Shown here: piece after piece, positions 11,931-22,992 of the stretch | Layout of the letters: each line of letters opens with the position of its first letter | Position numbering within the stretch: the first letter of the stretch is position 1 | Source: Leptospira sp. | GTDB taxonomy: Bacteria > Spirochaetota > Leptospiria > Leptospirales > Leptospiraceae | DNA: 64,000 nucleotides | Assembly: GCA_034439575.1 (NCBI GenBank) | Contig: JAWXAQ010000027.1 | Coordinates: 160,001-224,000 of the forward strand | Reading direction: 5' to 3' | Program-made: the position numbers and the translations under genes | The notes under the pieces: generated by a model | What the model was told of the DNA's origin: nothing | What the model saw: only the letters and a program-made list of their open reading frames with translations | Database searches by the model: none

Positions 11931-13310
11931 ATGTTTCAAACTATAGCAAACATCTTTAGAATTCCTGAATTAAGATCAAAAATTTTTTTTACAATTGGGA
12001 TGTTGCTCCTTTTTAGGATGGGAACTCATGTGACTATCCCAGGAATCAATAGCTTGATTGTGACTGGGATCACTGCCGATCCGAGCGAAGGTTTCCTCGG
12101 AATGGTAGATTTGTTTGCTGGTGGGGCACTCTTGAAGTTCTCCATATTTGCACTTGGGATTATGCCATACATTTCTTCTTCAATCATTATGCAACTAGTG
12201 ATGGTATTGATACCATCTTTACAAAAGATGCAAAAAGAAGGCGAAGAGGGTAGGAAAAAGATCCAACAGTATACAAAGTATGGAACATTACTTTTGTGTG
12301 CAGTTCAGTCTTTGGCTGTGATCCAATTGGCAAATTCTTGGTCAACTGGATCTGGAAATTCGCCTGCAAAATACCCGGGTCTAATCAATCCTTCTGTAGA
12401 ATCGTATTTTCTCCCCCTTGCTATGCTTTCTATTACAACAGGAACTGTATTACTTATTTGGTTAGGTGAACAGATTACTGAACGTGGTATAGGAAATGGT
12501 ATTTCTTTGATTATCTTTGCAGGTATCATCGGTAGAATGCCTGAAGCATTGATCGCTATGTTTACTTCCGACACTTCAGATGCACTTTCTGTTTTAATTT
12601 TATTAATCATCTTTGTTGTACTAATTGCACTTACTGTTGTTTTAACACAAGGTGTGAGACGAGTTCCACTAAACTATGGAAAACAAATGGTGGGACGTAA
12701 AATGGTGCAGGCTCGTAGCCAATCCATTCCGTTTAAAGTAAATAGTGCGAACGTGATGCCTATCATTTTCGCATCTTCACTTATTCTGTTTCCACAAACG
12801 ATTGTTCAGTGGCTATCATCTAAGGGTGGCCAGTGGGCTGGTTGGGCTGTGATTATGGATTATTTTAATCCATTCTCTCAAATTTGGTATCATGCTTTAT
12901 TTTACTTTGTTATTTATACTTCTTTGATTATCTTCTTTGCCTATTTTTATACGGCCATTCAGTTCAACCCACAAGAGTTAGCTGATAACCTTAAAAAATA
13001 TGGTGGGTTCATTCCTGGTGTTCGTCCCGGTTCTCAAACCAAGGAAATGATCGAAAAAATTCTAAACCGTATTACTTTGCCTGGTGCTATGTTTCTTGCA
13101 GGTCTTGCACTTGCGCCTTATCTCATCATCAAGTTTTTGAATTTAGGTTCAAACACAGGTGGGGGAACTCTTGTGTATACTTTCGGTGGGACTTCGCTTT
13201 TGATTATGGTGGGTGTGGCTTTGGAAACTTTGAAACAAATTGAAGCCCAACTTCTGATGAGAAATTACGAAGGTTTCATGAAGAAAACTAAGATAAAAGG
13301 TAGGGCTTAA
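11931..13310 (+). CDS. secY: Preprotein translocase subunit SecY
   Basis: [58 protein letters not shown]. Confidence 0.99.
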   Translation: MFQTIANIFRIPELRSKIFFTIGMLLLFRMGTHVTIPGINSLIVTGITADPSEGFLGMVDLFAGGALLKFSIFALGIMPYISSSIIMQLVMVLIPSLQKMQKEGEEGRKKIQQYTKYGTLLLCAVQSLAVIQLANSWSTGSGNSPAKYPGLINPSVESYFLPLAMLSITTGTVLLIWLGEQITERGIGNGISLIIFAGIIGRMPEALIAMFTSDTSDALSVLILLIIFVVLIALTVVLTQGVRRVPLNYGKQMVGRKMVQARSQSIPFKVNSANVMPIIFASSLILFPQTIVQWLSSKGGQWAGWAVIMDYFNPFSQIWYHALFYFVIYTSLIIFFAYFYTAIQFNPQELADNLKKYGGFIPGVRPGSQTKEMIEKILNRITLPGAMFLAGLALAPYLIIKFLNLGSNTGGGTLVYTFGGTSLLIMVGVALETLKQIEAQLLMRNYEGFMKKTKIKGRA

Positions 13311-13314
13311 AAAC

Positions 13315-13878
13315 ATGAAACGATTAATATTTATGGGTCCACCGGGTGCCGGCAAAGGAACACAAGCAGACATCGTAAAAGCAAAATTTAAAATTCCTCA
13401 AATCTCCACTGGAGATATGCTACGAGCAGCTGTTAAAGCTGGCACCAATATGGGTGTAGAAGCAAAAAAATTTATGGACGCTGGAGACCTTGTTCCAGAT
13501 GCTGTCGTTATAGGCATTATCCGCGACCGTTTGGTCGAATCGGATTGTGCGAATGGATTCATACTGGATGGATTTCCTAGGACGGTGGAGCAAGCAAAAG
13601 CTCTCTCGGAAATCCTCAAAGAGCTTCATATGGAGCTCGACTCCGTTGTCAACCTAGAGGTTCCCGATGAAGAATTGGTGAAACGTTTGCTAGGTCGAGC
13701 GATCAAAGAAGGACGCTCTGATGACAACGAAGAGACCATCAAAAACCGTCTGCATACTTACAATACAAAGACTTTGCCCCTGATCGACTTTTATAAAGGC
13801 ACAGGTATCCTTCGGCAAATCAATGGATTGGGAAGTATGGAAGAAATCACCGATTCTATTTTAAAACAGATTCAATAG
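13315..13878 (+). CDS. adk: Adenylate kinase (short-lid type)
   Basis: [29 protein letters not shown]. Confidence 0.98.
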   Translation: MKRLIFMGPPGAGKGTQADIVKAKFKIPQISTGDMLRAAVKAGTNMGVEAKKFMDAGDLVPDAVVIGIIRDRLVESDCANGFILDGFPRTVEQAKALSEILKELHMELDSVVNLEVPDEELVKRLLGRAIKEGRSDDNEETIKNRLHTYNTKTLPLIDFYKGTGILRQINGLGSMEEITDSILKQIQ

Positions 13879-13888
13879 GAGAATCACC

Positions 13889-14107
13889 CTGGCTAAGGAA
13901 GAAGCAATTACCATTGATGGGACAGTTCTAGAACCGTTACCGAATGCTATGTTCCGCGTGGAACTTGAGAATGGTCACAAGGTTTTAGCGCATATCTCTG
14001 GTAAGATGAGGATGCACTATATCAGAATTCTACCTGGTGATAAAGTGACAGTGGAGCTTTCTCCGTATGATTTGACCAAGGGTCGTATTACTTACAGAAA
14101 GAAATAG
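13889..14107 (+). CDS. infA: Translation initiation factor IF-1 (CTG start; not in ORF track)
   Basis: CTG GCT AAG GAA... gives (M)[71 protein letters not shown], 72 aa; SD AGGAGA 6 nt upstream. Confidence 0.96.
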   Translation: MAKEEAITIDGTVLEPLPNAMFRVELENGHKVLAHISGKMRMHYIRILPGDKVTVELSPYDLTKGRITYRKK

Positions 14108-14115
14108 GGAAGCAT

Positions 14116-14229
14116 ATGAAAGTTAGAGCATCAGTCAAAAAAATCTGTACCGAATGCAAAGTCATTCGCAGAAAAGGTGTAATCCGCGTGATTTGCACCA
14201 ACCCAAAACACAAACAAAGGCAAAGATAA
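14116..14229 (+). CDS. rpmJ: 50S ribosomal protein L36 (C+ type; not in ORF track)
   Basis: [37 protein letters not shown]. Confidence 0.97.
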   Translation: MKVRASVKKICTECKVIRRKGVIRVICTNPKHKQRQR

Positions 14230-14235
14230 GATAGT

Positions 14236-14613
14236 ATGGCACGTATCGCAGGCGTTGATTTACCCTCAAATAAAAGAATTGTAATAGGTCTTACCTATGT
14301 ATTTGGCATAGGAAGAACATCCTCACAGAAGATCCTCAAAAAAGCGGGGATTGATGAAAGCATCCGAGTCAAAGATTTAACTGATGAACATGAAGCGGCA
14401 ATACGTCGTGTGATTGAAGAAGATTACCAAGTAGAAGGGGATCTAAGATCAGAAGTTAACCTTAACATCAAACGATTGATGGATGTGGGATGTTATAGAG
14501 GTCTTCGCCATAGAAGAGGACTTCCTGTGAACGGTCAAAGAACAAGAACTAACGCAAGAACACGTAAAGGTGTTAAGAAGACAGTTGCGAATAAGAAAAA
14601 GGTAACTAAGTAG
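14236..14613 (+). CDS. rpsM: 30S ribosomal protein S13
   Basis: [36 protein letters not shown]. Confidence 0.99.
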   Translation: MARIAGVDLPSNKRIVIGLTYVFGIGRTSSQKILKKAGIDESIRVKDLTDEHEAAIRRVIEEDYQVEGDLRSEVNLNIKRLMDVGCYRGLRHRRGLPVNGQRTRTNARTRKGVKKTVANKKKVTK

Positions 14614-14622
14614 AGATCATAT

Positions 14623-15036
14623 ATGGCTGAAAAAGAAACAAAAGGCAAAAAAGACACAAAGAAAGTCAAAAAAAAGGAAAAGAAAAACGTTCCGAGAGGA
14701 AAGGTTTATATCCAGGCTTCTTTCAATAATACTATCGTTTCGATCACAGATATGGTCGGAAATGTTTTATCATGGTCCTCTTCTGGAATGATGGGATTTC
14801 GTGGATCTAAAAAATCAACACCTTATGCAGCTCAAATTGCTGCAACAAATGCCGCAGAAAAAGCAATCGATGCTGCGGGATTATCTGAAGTTGATGTTAT
14901 GGTTTCTGGTCCTGGAATCGGTCGTGAATCAGCAATTAGGTCACTTACCACAAAAGGATTGTTAATTAAACTAATAAAGGATGTTACACCTCTTCCGCAT
15001 AACGGTTGTCGTCCTCGCAAAAGAAGAAGAGTTTAG
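14623..15036 (+). CDS. rpsK: 30S ribosomal protein S11
   Basis: [31 protein letters not shown]. Confidence 0.99.
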   Translation: MAEKETKGKKDTKKVKKKEKKNVPRGKVYIQASFNNTIVSITDMVGNVLSWSSSGMMGFRGSKKSTPYAAQIAATNAAEKAIDAAGLSEVDVMVSGPGIGRESAIRSLTTKGLLIKLIKDVTPLPHNGCRPRKRRRV

Positions 15037-15055
15037 GTAGGAATAGGAATTATAT

Positions 15056-15688
15056 ATGGCACGTTATAGAGGACCCGTTGTAAAGTTGATGAGAAGAGAG
15101 GGATTAAATCTCTTTCTTAAAAATAGTCACACACTTAACAAAGATAAATCATCATTAGAAAAAAGAAAATACCCACCAGGTTTACCTCCTAAGAAAAAGG
15201 GGAAAATTACTGAATACGGTGCTCAGCTTCGTGAAAAACAAAAAGTAAAGAGAGCCTATGGTGTTTTAGAAAAACAATTCCGCAGATATTTTGAAGAAGC
15301 ATCTCATACTCCAGGTATTCCGGGCGAAAACTTACTCCAATTTTTGGAAAGAAGATTGGACAATGTATTGTATCGCATGGGCTATGCGGTAACTCGTAGA
15401 CAAGCAAGAAACTTTGTAGCACACAGACACGTTCTTGTGAACGACCACAGAGTGGATATTTGTTCCTACCGAGTCAATATTGGTGATAAAATTCAAATCC
15501 GAGATAAATTTCAAAAGTCTACTTTTATAGAAGAAAACATCCGTCTTGCGCAAGCGATTAACCGAAGTGCTTCTTGGCTAAGTGTTGATTTTGCAAATTT
15601 TTCAGGGGAAATTTTGTCTCTTCCAACAAGAGATCATATTGATATCCCTATTAAAGAACAAGTTATCGTAGAGTTGTACTCTAAGTAA
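15056..15688 (+). CDS. rpsD: 30S ribosomal protein S4
   Basis: QLREKQKVKR.YG, LERRLDNV.YR, QVIVELYSK. Confidence 0.98.
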   Translation: MARYRGPVVKLMRREGLNLFLKNSHTLNKDKSSLEKRKYPPGLPPKKKGKITEYGAQLREKQKVKRAYGVLEKQFRRYFEEASHTPGIPGENLLQFLERRLDNVLYRMGYAVTRRQARNFVAHRHVLVNDHRVDICSYRVNIGDKIQIRDKFQKSTFIEENIRLAQAINRSASWLSVDFANFSGEILSLPTRDHIDIPIKEQVIVELYSK

Positions 15689-15718
15689 GCAAACGAATCT
15701 AGAGAGAAGGTTACGACA

Positions 15719-16696
15719 TTGTCCCCAAAGAATTTATTAAAAGGTTTTAAAAGACCAAAGAAAATCGAATTCACGACTGATGTGAATACTCCTAACTATG
15801 GTAAGTTTGTTGCCGAACCTTTTGAAAGAGGAATCGGCACGACAATAGGAAACTCACTTCGTAGAACACTCATGTCTTCTATTGAAGGAGCTGCAATTTC
15901 TGCCATTCGCATTGAAGGCGTAACTCACGAATTTGCTTATGTTGAAGGTGTTGCGGAAGACGTAACTCGTATCATTTTAAACTTAAAACAAGTTAGAATT
16001 AAGTACGAACCGGAAGACAAAGAAGCAAGCAAAGTAATTCATATAGAATTGAAAGGTGCAGGTTACTTTAGAGCTGGTGACCTTGCGATTGATTCCTCAA
16101 TCGAAATCATGAATCCGGATCTACACATTGCCACTTTGAATGAAGATGCAAATGTGATTTTGGATTTAGAAATCCAAAGAGGAAGAGGATATGTTCCTGC
16201 TGAAGATAAGAAAAAAGATATAGAAGTTCTTGGAACTATCCCTATCGATTCAATATTTTCACCAATTCAAAAAGTACTATTCGAAGTTTCCGAAACTCGT
16301 GTTGCTCAAAGATCTGATTATGAAAAACTAACTTTAGAAGTTTGGACTGATGGATCTGTGTCTCCGGAAGATGCAGTAGCCCAAGCCGCTAAAATTTTGA
16401 AAGATCATTTGACTGTATTTATCAATTTTGAAGAAGAAATTGAAGAAGAAGAAGAAGAGTTAGATGAAGCTGACGAAAAACTTAAGGCTTCTTTATCAAA
16501 ACACGTAGAAGAACTAGAATTGTCTGTAAGATCTTCAAATGTCCTTCGAAGTCTTGAAATAGATTTCATAGGCGAACTCGTTAAGAGAACTGAAGAAGAA
16601 ATGACGAAATCAAAACATTACAGCGAACAAAGTTTAGTCGAGTTAAAAGCTAGACTTTCTTCACTTGGACTTTCATTCGGAATGAGAGATTTTTAA
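15719..16696 (+). CDS. rpoA: RNA polymerase alpha subunit
   Basis: [25 protein letters not shown], alpha-CTD LELSVRS; TTG start. Confidence 0.99.
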   Translation: MSPKNLLKGFKRPKKIEFTTDVNTPNYGKFVAEPFERGIGTTIGNSLRRTLMSSIEGAAISAIRIEGVTHEFAYVEGVAEDVTRIILNLKQVRIKYEPEDKEASKVIHIELKGAGYFRAGDLAIDSSIEIMNPDLHIATLNEDANVILDLEIQRGRGYVPAEDKKKDIEVLGTIPIDSIFSPIQKVLFEVSETRVAQRSDYEKLTLEVWTDGSVSPEDAVAQAAKILKDHLTVFINFEEEIEEEEEELDEADEKLKASLSKHVEELELSVRSSNVLRSLEIDFIGELVKRTEEEMTKSKHYSEQSLVELKARLSSLGLSFGMRDF

Positions 16697-16697
16697 G

Positions 16698-17231
16698 ATG
16701 AGAAAAAAAAATAAAGTAAAACAACTAAATCGTTCTGCTGATCATAGAAAAGCTATGATCCAAAATATGGTGATTTCTTTGCTTCGCCACGAAAGAATTG
16801 AATCTTCCGTTGCTAAATTGAAAGTCGCTAGGTCTTATGCAGAACGCATTATCACTCGTGCCAAAAGAAATTTGGATGCAAATCTCACAAATTTGGATGA
16901 TAAGAAAAAAGCAGAAACTATTCTCCATAACACTCGGTACCTATACACTCATCTAGGAGATGCGGAAATCGTTAACAAATTGTTAACTGACCTATCTTCA
17001 AGATTTGCTACAAGAGTTGGTGGTTATACAAGAATCGTTCGTCTAGTGAATCGCCAATCAGACAATACCGAAATGGGAATTCTCGAACTTGTAGAACGCA
17101 AAACGCAAGATGAATTGAAAGAAGAAGTTCGTCAAAAGAGAGAAAAGTCTGCGACTTCCAAAGGGAAAACAAAAGTCGAAAGTAAAGATAAAAAAGAGAA
17201 AAAGGAAAAGAAAGTAGCGAAGGCGAAATAA
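16698..17231 (+). CDS. rplQ: 50S ribosomal protein L17 with insertion and basic tail
   Basis: [23 protein letters not shown]; last gene of alpha operon. Confidence 0.96.
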   Translation: MRKKNKVKQLNRSADHRKAMIQNMVISLLRHERIESSVAKLKVARSYAERIITRAKRNLDANLTNLDDKKKAETILHNTRYLYTHLGDAEIVNKLLTDLSSRFATRVGGYTRIVRLVNRQSDNTEMGILELVERKTQDELKEEVRQKREKSATSKGKTKVESKDKKEKKEKKVAKAK

Positions 17232-17255
17232 TCTCTTTTCATTCATCTCTTAAAG

Positions 17256-17295
17256 AATCCGTTAAAAGAGGTAAAACTTTTTAACGGATTTTTTT
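17256..17295 (+). terminator. Intrinsic terminator of the ribosomal protein operon
   Basis: AATCCGTTAAAA / TTTTAACGGATT 12-bp inverted repeat running into a T tract, 25 nt after rplQ stop. Confidence 0.85.
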
Positions 17296-17356
17296 ATGCC
17301 CTAAGCCTTAGCTGGGGTTTTTTAGGAATCAATGAAATTTATGCGATATTTTGCCG

Positions 17357-18160
17357 TTAATCCTCGAATTCAATATTATAGAATAATTGTGATCCAATTC
17401 TAATTCCTTTTTTATCTTCTTCATTCGTATTATGATAATGAACAGGAAAGGTAAATATAAAAGGTTTCTTTATCTTTATTAGTTCATTAACCTGATTATT
17501 TGACCATTCGCATATGTTATTTCCTCCATCCGCAATTTGGTATTTTTCTGTATTATTATATTTAAGAATCTCAGTAACCTTTAAAATTAGTTTATCATTT
17601 GTTAAAGTATAATTTCCTGTGAAATATTGAAACCTTGGAAGGTTTCTCATTTCTGAAGAATAAAATTTGAATGTATTGTTCTTAAAGAATTGAATTCGTT
17701 CATTGTATCCGCTTCCAACGGAATAGGATCCATGCCATTTTCCGATTATGTAATCAGAGTTAGGTAAGCTCGGCTCTTTTAAGTTATTTTCAAAATATTT
17801 TATTTGTTCGATAGAGTTTTTTTCAATTTCATTTAGAGATTTAAGTATTAGAGAATGATCTTTTGTTTTACTTACATACCATTTTCTTTTATTAAAGTAA
17901 CTTCTTAAATCTTCAGATTCAAATATAAAACCATGCTTTGCAAAATAAAAATTTCTTAAAATTCTTAGCTGAGAATCATTCATCGCAGCAAGGTGTAAAT
18001 TAGAGATAGAATAGTGCGAAAATGAGAGATCATTTTTTTCTATTTTATTCAGAAAATAAGCGGAATCAAATTCATCATAAAGGAATTCTTCGCAAATTTT
18101 TTCTGAGGGTTCGCTGTATAGGTAGATTGGTATAATGAGTATTAAAATTATTCTTTTCAT
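17357..18160 (-). CDS. Secreted YARHG-domain protein
   Basis: N-terminal signal-like segment; LRILRNFYFAKHGFIFESEDLRSYF...WY...LNEIEKNSIEQIK matches YARHG pattern; visibly AT-rich. Confidence 0.8.
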   Translation of the reverse strand: MKRIILILIIPIYLYSEPSEKICEEFLYDEFDSAYFLNKIEKNDLSFSHYSISNLHLAAMNDSQLRILRNFYFAKHGFIFESEDLRSYFNKRKWYVSKTKDHSLILKSLNEIEKNSIEQIKYFENNLKEPSLPNSDYIIGKWHGSYSVGSGYNERIQFFKNNTFKFYSSEMRNLPRFQYFTGNYTLTNDKLILKVTEILKYNNTEKYQIADGGNNICEWSNNQVNELIKIKKPFIFTFPVHYHNTNEEDKKGIRIGSQLFYNIEFED

Positions 18161-18219
18161 AGATTGGATTTTAGAATCCTTTATTTAAAAGTTTATATTT
18201 TTGAATTTATTTTTTCTTA

Positions 18220-18269
18220 AAAATGATTCACCCATTTGCAGCATCATAATTGCCGCTAGGGGGTGAATC
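18220..18269 (-). terminator. Probable terminator hairpin downstream of plsC-gpsA fusion
   Basis: GATTCACCC (18225-33) / GGGTGAATC (18261-69) inverted repeat with imperfect inner stem; minus strand continues ATTTTT. Confidence 0.5.
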
Positions 18270-18285
18270 GGACCATCTAAATTCT

Positions 18286-20304
18286 TTAATTTCTGGCCAA
18301 TTGCAATTGTAGAGTCTCAGCAATTTTATCAAAGTCTTCGTTTTGAATCACAGCCCTATAGGATGAAGTGACGATCGGATGTCTTTTTTCATCTAAGTTG
18401 ATGAGATTAGGAAGAACTTTGAGTCCATAAAAACCATTCGTGATTTTTTCTGGTCTGGTACCGTAGGCCAAGTCGTATCCGTACTTTCTATCACGAGTAT
18501 CAGATCCGAAACAAGCTAACATAAAGTCTGTCATACCTGAAAGACCGTTGAAAGTAGTCGGATCTCCACCGAGTAAAACACCAATGGACACCATTTCATT
18601 AAAGAAACGATTTGAAAGATGGAAGAGAGTGTTGTCTACGTTTCCACCTAATTCTTTTTTGAAATAGCCTTCGACGAGTCCCATTGCAACCGCATAAATC
18701 GTTTTCAATGCACCGCCTAACTGAACACCTTTGGTGTCACGAGAATTGATCGCAGGTCTAGTGAATACATAACTAGTGTTAAAAAGAGCTTGTAGTTTAG
18801 GAATCAAGGAATCTTCAAAGGACCCAATTTCAAAACCGGATATTTTTCTTTCCATGATTTGATCTGGATAACATGCCCCAGAAATCACTGCTAATCGTTC
18901 TCTTTCAATTCCCATTAGATCATTTAAGTCTTCAAGAATCAGCCCTTTTTTGGAACCGGTGAATCCTTTGATCACATTGATAAATGGAGATTTATTTTTT
19001 TGGATATAGGATTTGATCTTTGGATAAACGGTATCAAAGTCCCAAGGATTTGTACCTTGGATAAATAGAGTTGCTCTTTCACAAACAGTCGGATCAGAAG
19101 AGAAAACTATATTTGGAGGAAGTTTGTAAATAGGGTAATGTAAAACGTCTCTTCTTTCCTCATTGCACTGTTTGACGATGTCTTCTTCTGGTTGATATAC
19201 TGTGACTTCCACATTTTTATTGGCCAAAACGCAACCGATAGCAACTGACATATTCGAAGAACCAATCACAACGATTCGCTCTTTCGGTTCTTTCGGTAGG
19301 CTAATCAAAAGATTTGACTTCTGGTCATCACCTTTGTAAAGATTGCGATAGGTTCCGTGTTTGTGTTTGTTTAAATTGGAACCTACTAACAAAGCCAAGT
19401 TGTCGATGATGAATTGTTTTTTATCGCCAACGCCAGGAAAGGAAATTTGTTCAATATGTGATGGAAAGGTAGCCATTTCCTTTTTGGTTAATTCACCAAC
19501 AAGCACTGGTTTACCGATGACAAGTTTACCGACGGCTTGGTTAAATAATAATCCTTCGATCGGTAAAATTCTATCTGTGCCTTCCAAAGAAATGGGAAGG
19601 ATCACTTTATTTGCCACATAATGATAAACGGTGTCAACGAATGGCATCAAACGCCCGTCACGCGATCTTGTCCCTTCAGGGAATATGGAAATGATTTTGC
19701 CGTCGTTTTGGAGCTTTTGCGAATTTCGGAAAGCTCGCATGTTTATTTTTGTCATCAAGTCTGAGAGGGAAGGATTGTCCGCCATATCCTTTTTGGAACA
19801 AACAAGAAGGGTTCCAAACATATAAAGGCCCAGCCGAGTGAAATCTGGCTCAAAGGCTAGTCTACCTGCAATGAAAACAAGAGACTGTGCAATTTTTCGT
19901 CCGACATCGCCCGTATTGTAAAGTAGAGTGAAGATAGCCGGAGCATCGAGGTGACTCAAGTGATTTGATATAAGAGTGACTGGATACTTCCCGATCACAT
20001 CATTTAGGAGGTTGAGATTTTCAACGCCCTCGACCGTGAATTTTTTCATGATAGGATCAAGAAACTTAAGCATAAAGTCCCGAGGTTCCTCTTTGATATC
20101 CGTGAAAACACCAATCTCTTCTAGACGTTCTGGTTCTGTGAAGATATCCATTACCTTAGGCTTTGGGGTAGCCTGGGAGAGAACGAGAAATTCTTCTAAA
20201 ATTGCTTTGGCTTCGGCCTGCGTAAGGCCTGATTTCATAAATAAATGAATGTTTTCAAAAAATTCTTTATGCCACCTGCCGAGTGTGGCTTCTTTTTCTG
20301 TCAT
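18286..20304 (-). CDS. Fusion of PlsC-type acyltransferase and NAD(P)H-dependent glycerol-3-phosphate dehydrogenase (GpsA-like)
   Basis: N-half NHLSHLD (HX4D) and FPEGTRSRDG; C-half KG, SGAC, GVQLGGALK, GLSGMTDFMLAC resemble GpsA. Confidence 0.88.
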   Translation of the reverse strand: MTEKEATLGRWHKEFFENIHLFMKSGLTQAEAKAILEEFLVLSQATPKPKVMDIFTEPERLEEIGVFTDIKEEPRDFMLKFLDPIMKKFTVEGVENLNLLNDVIGKYPVTLISNHLSHLDAPAIFTLLYNTGDVGRKIAQSLVFIAGRLAFEPDFTRLGLYMFGTLLVCSKKDMADNPSLSDLMTKINMRAFRNSQKLQNDGKIISIFPEGTRSRDGRLMPFVDTVYHYVANKVILPISLEGTDRILPIEGLLFNQAVGKLVIGKPVLVGELTKKEMATFPSHIEQISFPGVGDKKQFIIDNLALLVGSNLNKHKHGTYRNLYKGDDQKSNLLISLPKEPKERIVVIGSSNMSVAIGCVLANKNVEVTVYQPEEDIVKQCNEERRDVLHYPIYKLPPNIVFSSDPTVCERATLFIQGTNPWDFDTVYPKIKSYIQKNKSPFINVIKGFTGSKKGLILEDLNDLMGIERERLAVISGACYPDQIMERKISGFEIGSFEDSLIPKLQALFNTSYVFTRPAINSRDTKGVQLGGALKTIYAVAMGLVEGYFKKELGGNVDNTLFHLSNRFFNEMVSIGVLLGGDPTTFNGLSGMTDFMLACFGSDTRDRKYGYDLAYGTRPEKITNGFYGLKVLPNLINLDEKRHPIVTSSYRAVIQNEDFDKIAETLQLQLARN

Positions 20305-20426
20305 GCGTACCCTCTAAACCGACATTAATCTAACGAAAGAATTCGTTTTGTCTATCTGATTTTTACAATTGATTGCATAAATCATGTAATTATCTAATCT
20401 GTCTTCTTGGGTATAATTCCCAAGTC

Positions 20427-21458
20427 ATGAATTCAATAAAAAAATCAAAACTTGCTGAACGACGCTGGATCCCAGATGGATTTCATTTTTTGGGACCAGA
20501 GGAAAGTGAAAATAGACGAAAATTGCTACAATCTCTTTCCAAATGTCTGGAAGATGCGAAGTATTCGGAAATCAGCTTACCGGCATTTGACTACACATCT
20601 TCTTTTCAATCCCATATTGGTGGACTAGATTCATCGGACTTGCTGACAGCGAAAGATTATGATGGGTATTCTTTATCACCGGGCGTAGACCTTACTTTGC
20701 AAGTGGTAAAAGGTATGGCAGCTCGTTCCCATTGGGCAGAAAATCAAAAAGTATATTATATCGGTCGAAAGATTCGTGATCATAAAAAACGAAATGCTTC
20801 CAGAAGAGAAATTTTGCAAATGGGAGGGGAATGTATTGGAGATAGTTCTCCAAAAAATGTAGTCTCTCAAGTTCAAATTTTAGAAAAGATGTGGACAATG
20901 GCGCTCGGGAAACCAAACGCAAGTTTTGTGCTAGGTCATGCTGGTTTACTCAGTTTAATTTTCCAAACTTTAAAATTAGATACTGAATATGAAAGTCGCG
21001 TTGCCCAATTTTTATATACTAAAAATGTACCAGAACTTATGTTCTTTGCTAAAAAAATTAATCTAAGCGACAAACAAATTTCCCTTCTTAAGCTCACCTT
21101 AAAACCTATCCAACTAGATAAATTTTCTAAATTTAAAGAAACTATCCTTAGTCAATTCCAAGATTCTATAAATCAAAAAGATTTATTAGTTTACTTAAAT
21201 GAAATTGAGGAATTTATCAACTCTTGGTTTAAAGAAAAGATAGGATTTGATGCGCTTTTTGATCCATCACTGATACGTGATCTGGATTATTATTCTGGCC
21301 TTGTGTTTCAGGGTTATATAGAAGGATCCTCCGAACCAGTATTTGCTGGCGGAGTATATAATGGACTTTATGAGACTTATACTGAAGTGAAAAAAGATGC
21401 ATGTGGTTTTGCACTACATATTGATCCAATAGAAGAAAAGATTTATTCCAAAAAATGA
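20427..21458 (+). CDS. hisZ: ATP phosphoribosyltransferase regulatory subunit HisZ
   Basis: HisRS-like motifs DLTLQV, REILQMGGE, RDLDYYSGLVFQGY, GGVYNGL, ACGFAL; adjacent to purA; ATG at 20427 preferred over TTG 20373. Confidence 0.85.
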   Translation: MNSIKKSKLAERRWIPDGFHFLGPEESENRRKLLQSLSKCLEDAKYSEISLPAFDYTSSFQSHIGGLDSSDLLTAKDYDGYSLSPGVDLTLQVVKGMAARSHWAENQKVYYIGRKIRDHKKRNASRREILQMGGECIGDSSPKNVVSQVQILEKMWTMALGKPNASFVLGHAGLLSLIFQTLKLDTEYESRVAQFLYTKNVPELMFFAKKINLSDKQISLLKLTLKPIQLDKFSKFKETILSQFQDSINQKDLLVYLNEIEEFINSWFKEKIGFDALFDPSLIRDLDYYSGLVFQGYIEGSSEPVFAGGVYNGLYETYTEVKKDACGFALHIDPIEEKIYSKK

Positions 21459-21463
21459 GGTAA

Positions 21464-22741
<1,278 letters not shown>

Positions 22742-22783
22742 GAAGGAAAATTTAGGATCTCGAGGTATTTTTTTATGTATTGA

Positions 22784-22811
22784 TTGACCAAGAAGGGTAG
22801 GTCTTTATTCT
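22784..22811 (+). promoter_or_regulatory. Putative sigma70 promoter of tRNA-Lys/tRNA-Glu
   Basis: TTGACC-16 nt-TATTCT, ending 15 nt before tRNA-Lys. Confidence 0.6.
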
Positions 22812-22824
22812 TGGCAACAGAGCA

Positions 22825-22900
<76 letters not shown>

Positions 22901-22917
22901 CACGTGTCATTTAAAAC

Positions 22918-22992
22918 GGTGCCATCGTCTAATGGTTAGGACACAAGGTTTTCATCCTTGCAATCGGGGTTCAATTCCCCGTGGCACTACCA
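22918..22992 (+). tRNA. tRNA-Glu(TTC)
   Basis: Acceptor GGTGCCA/TGGCACT, anticodon arm CAAGG-TTTTCAT-CCTTG, T loop GTTCAATTC, ends ACCA. Confidence 0.96.

Noticed and set aside
16426..16470. GAA trinucleotide run in rpoA
   Set aside because: Encodes the acidic linker between alpha-NTD and CTD; not a repeat element
1652..17246. Many short antisense or alternate-frame ORFs inside tuf and ribosomal genes
   Set aside because: Fully overlap well-conserved genes and have no recognisable motifs; expected shadows of biased codon usage
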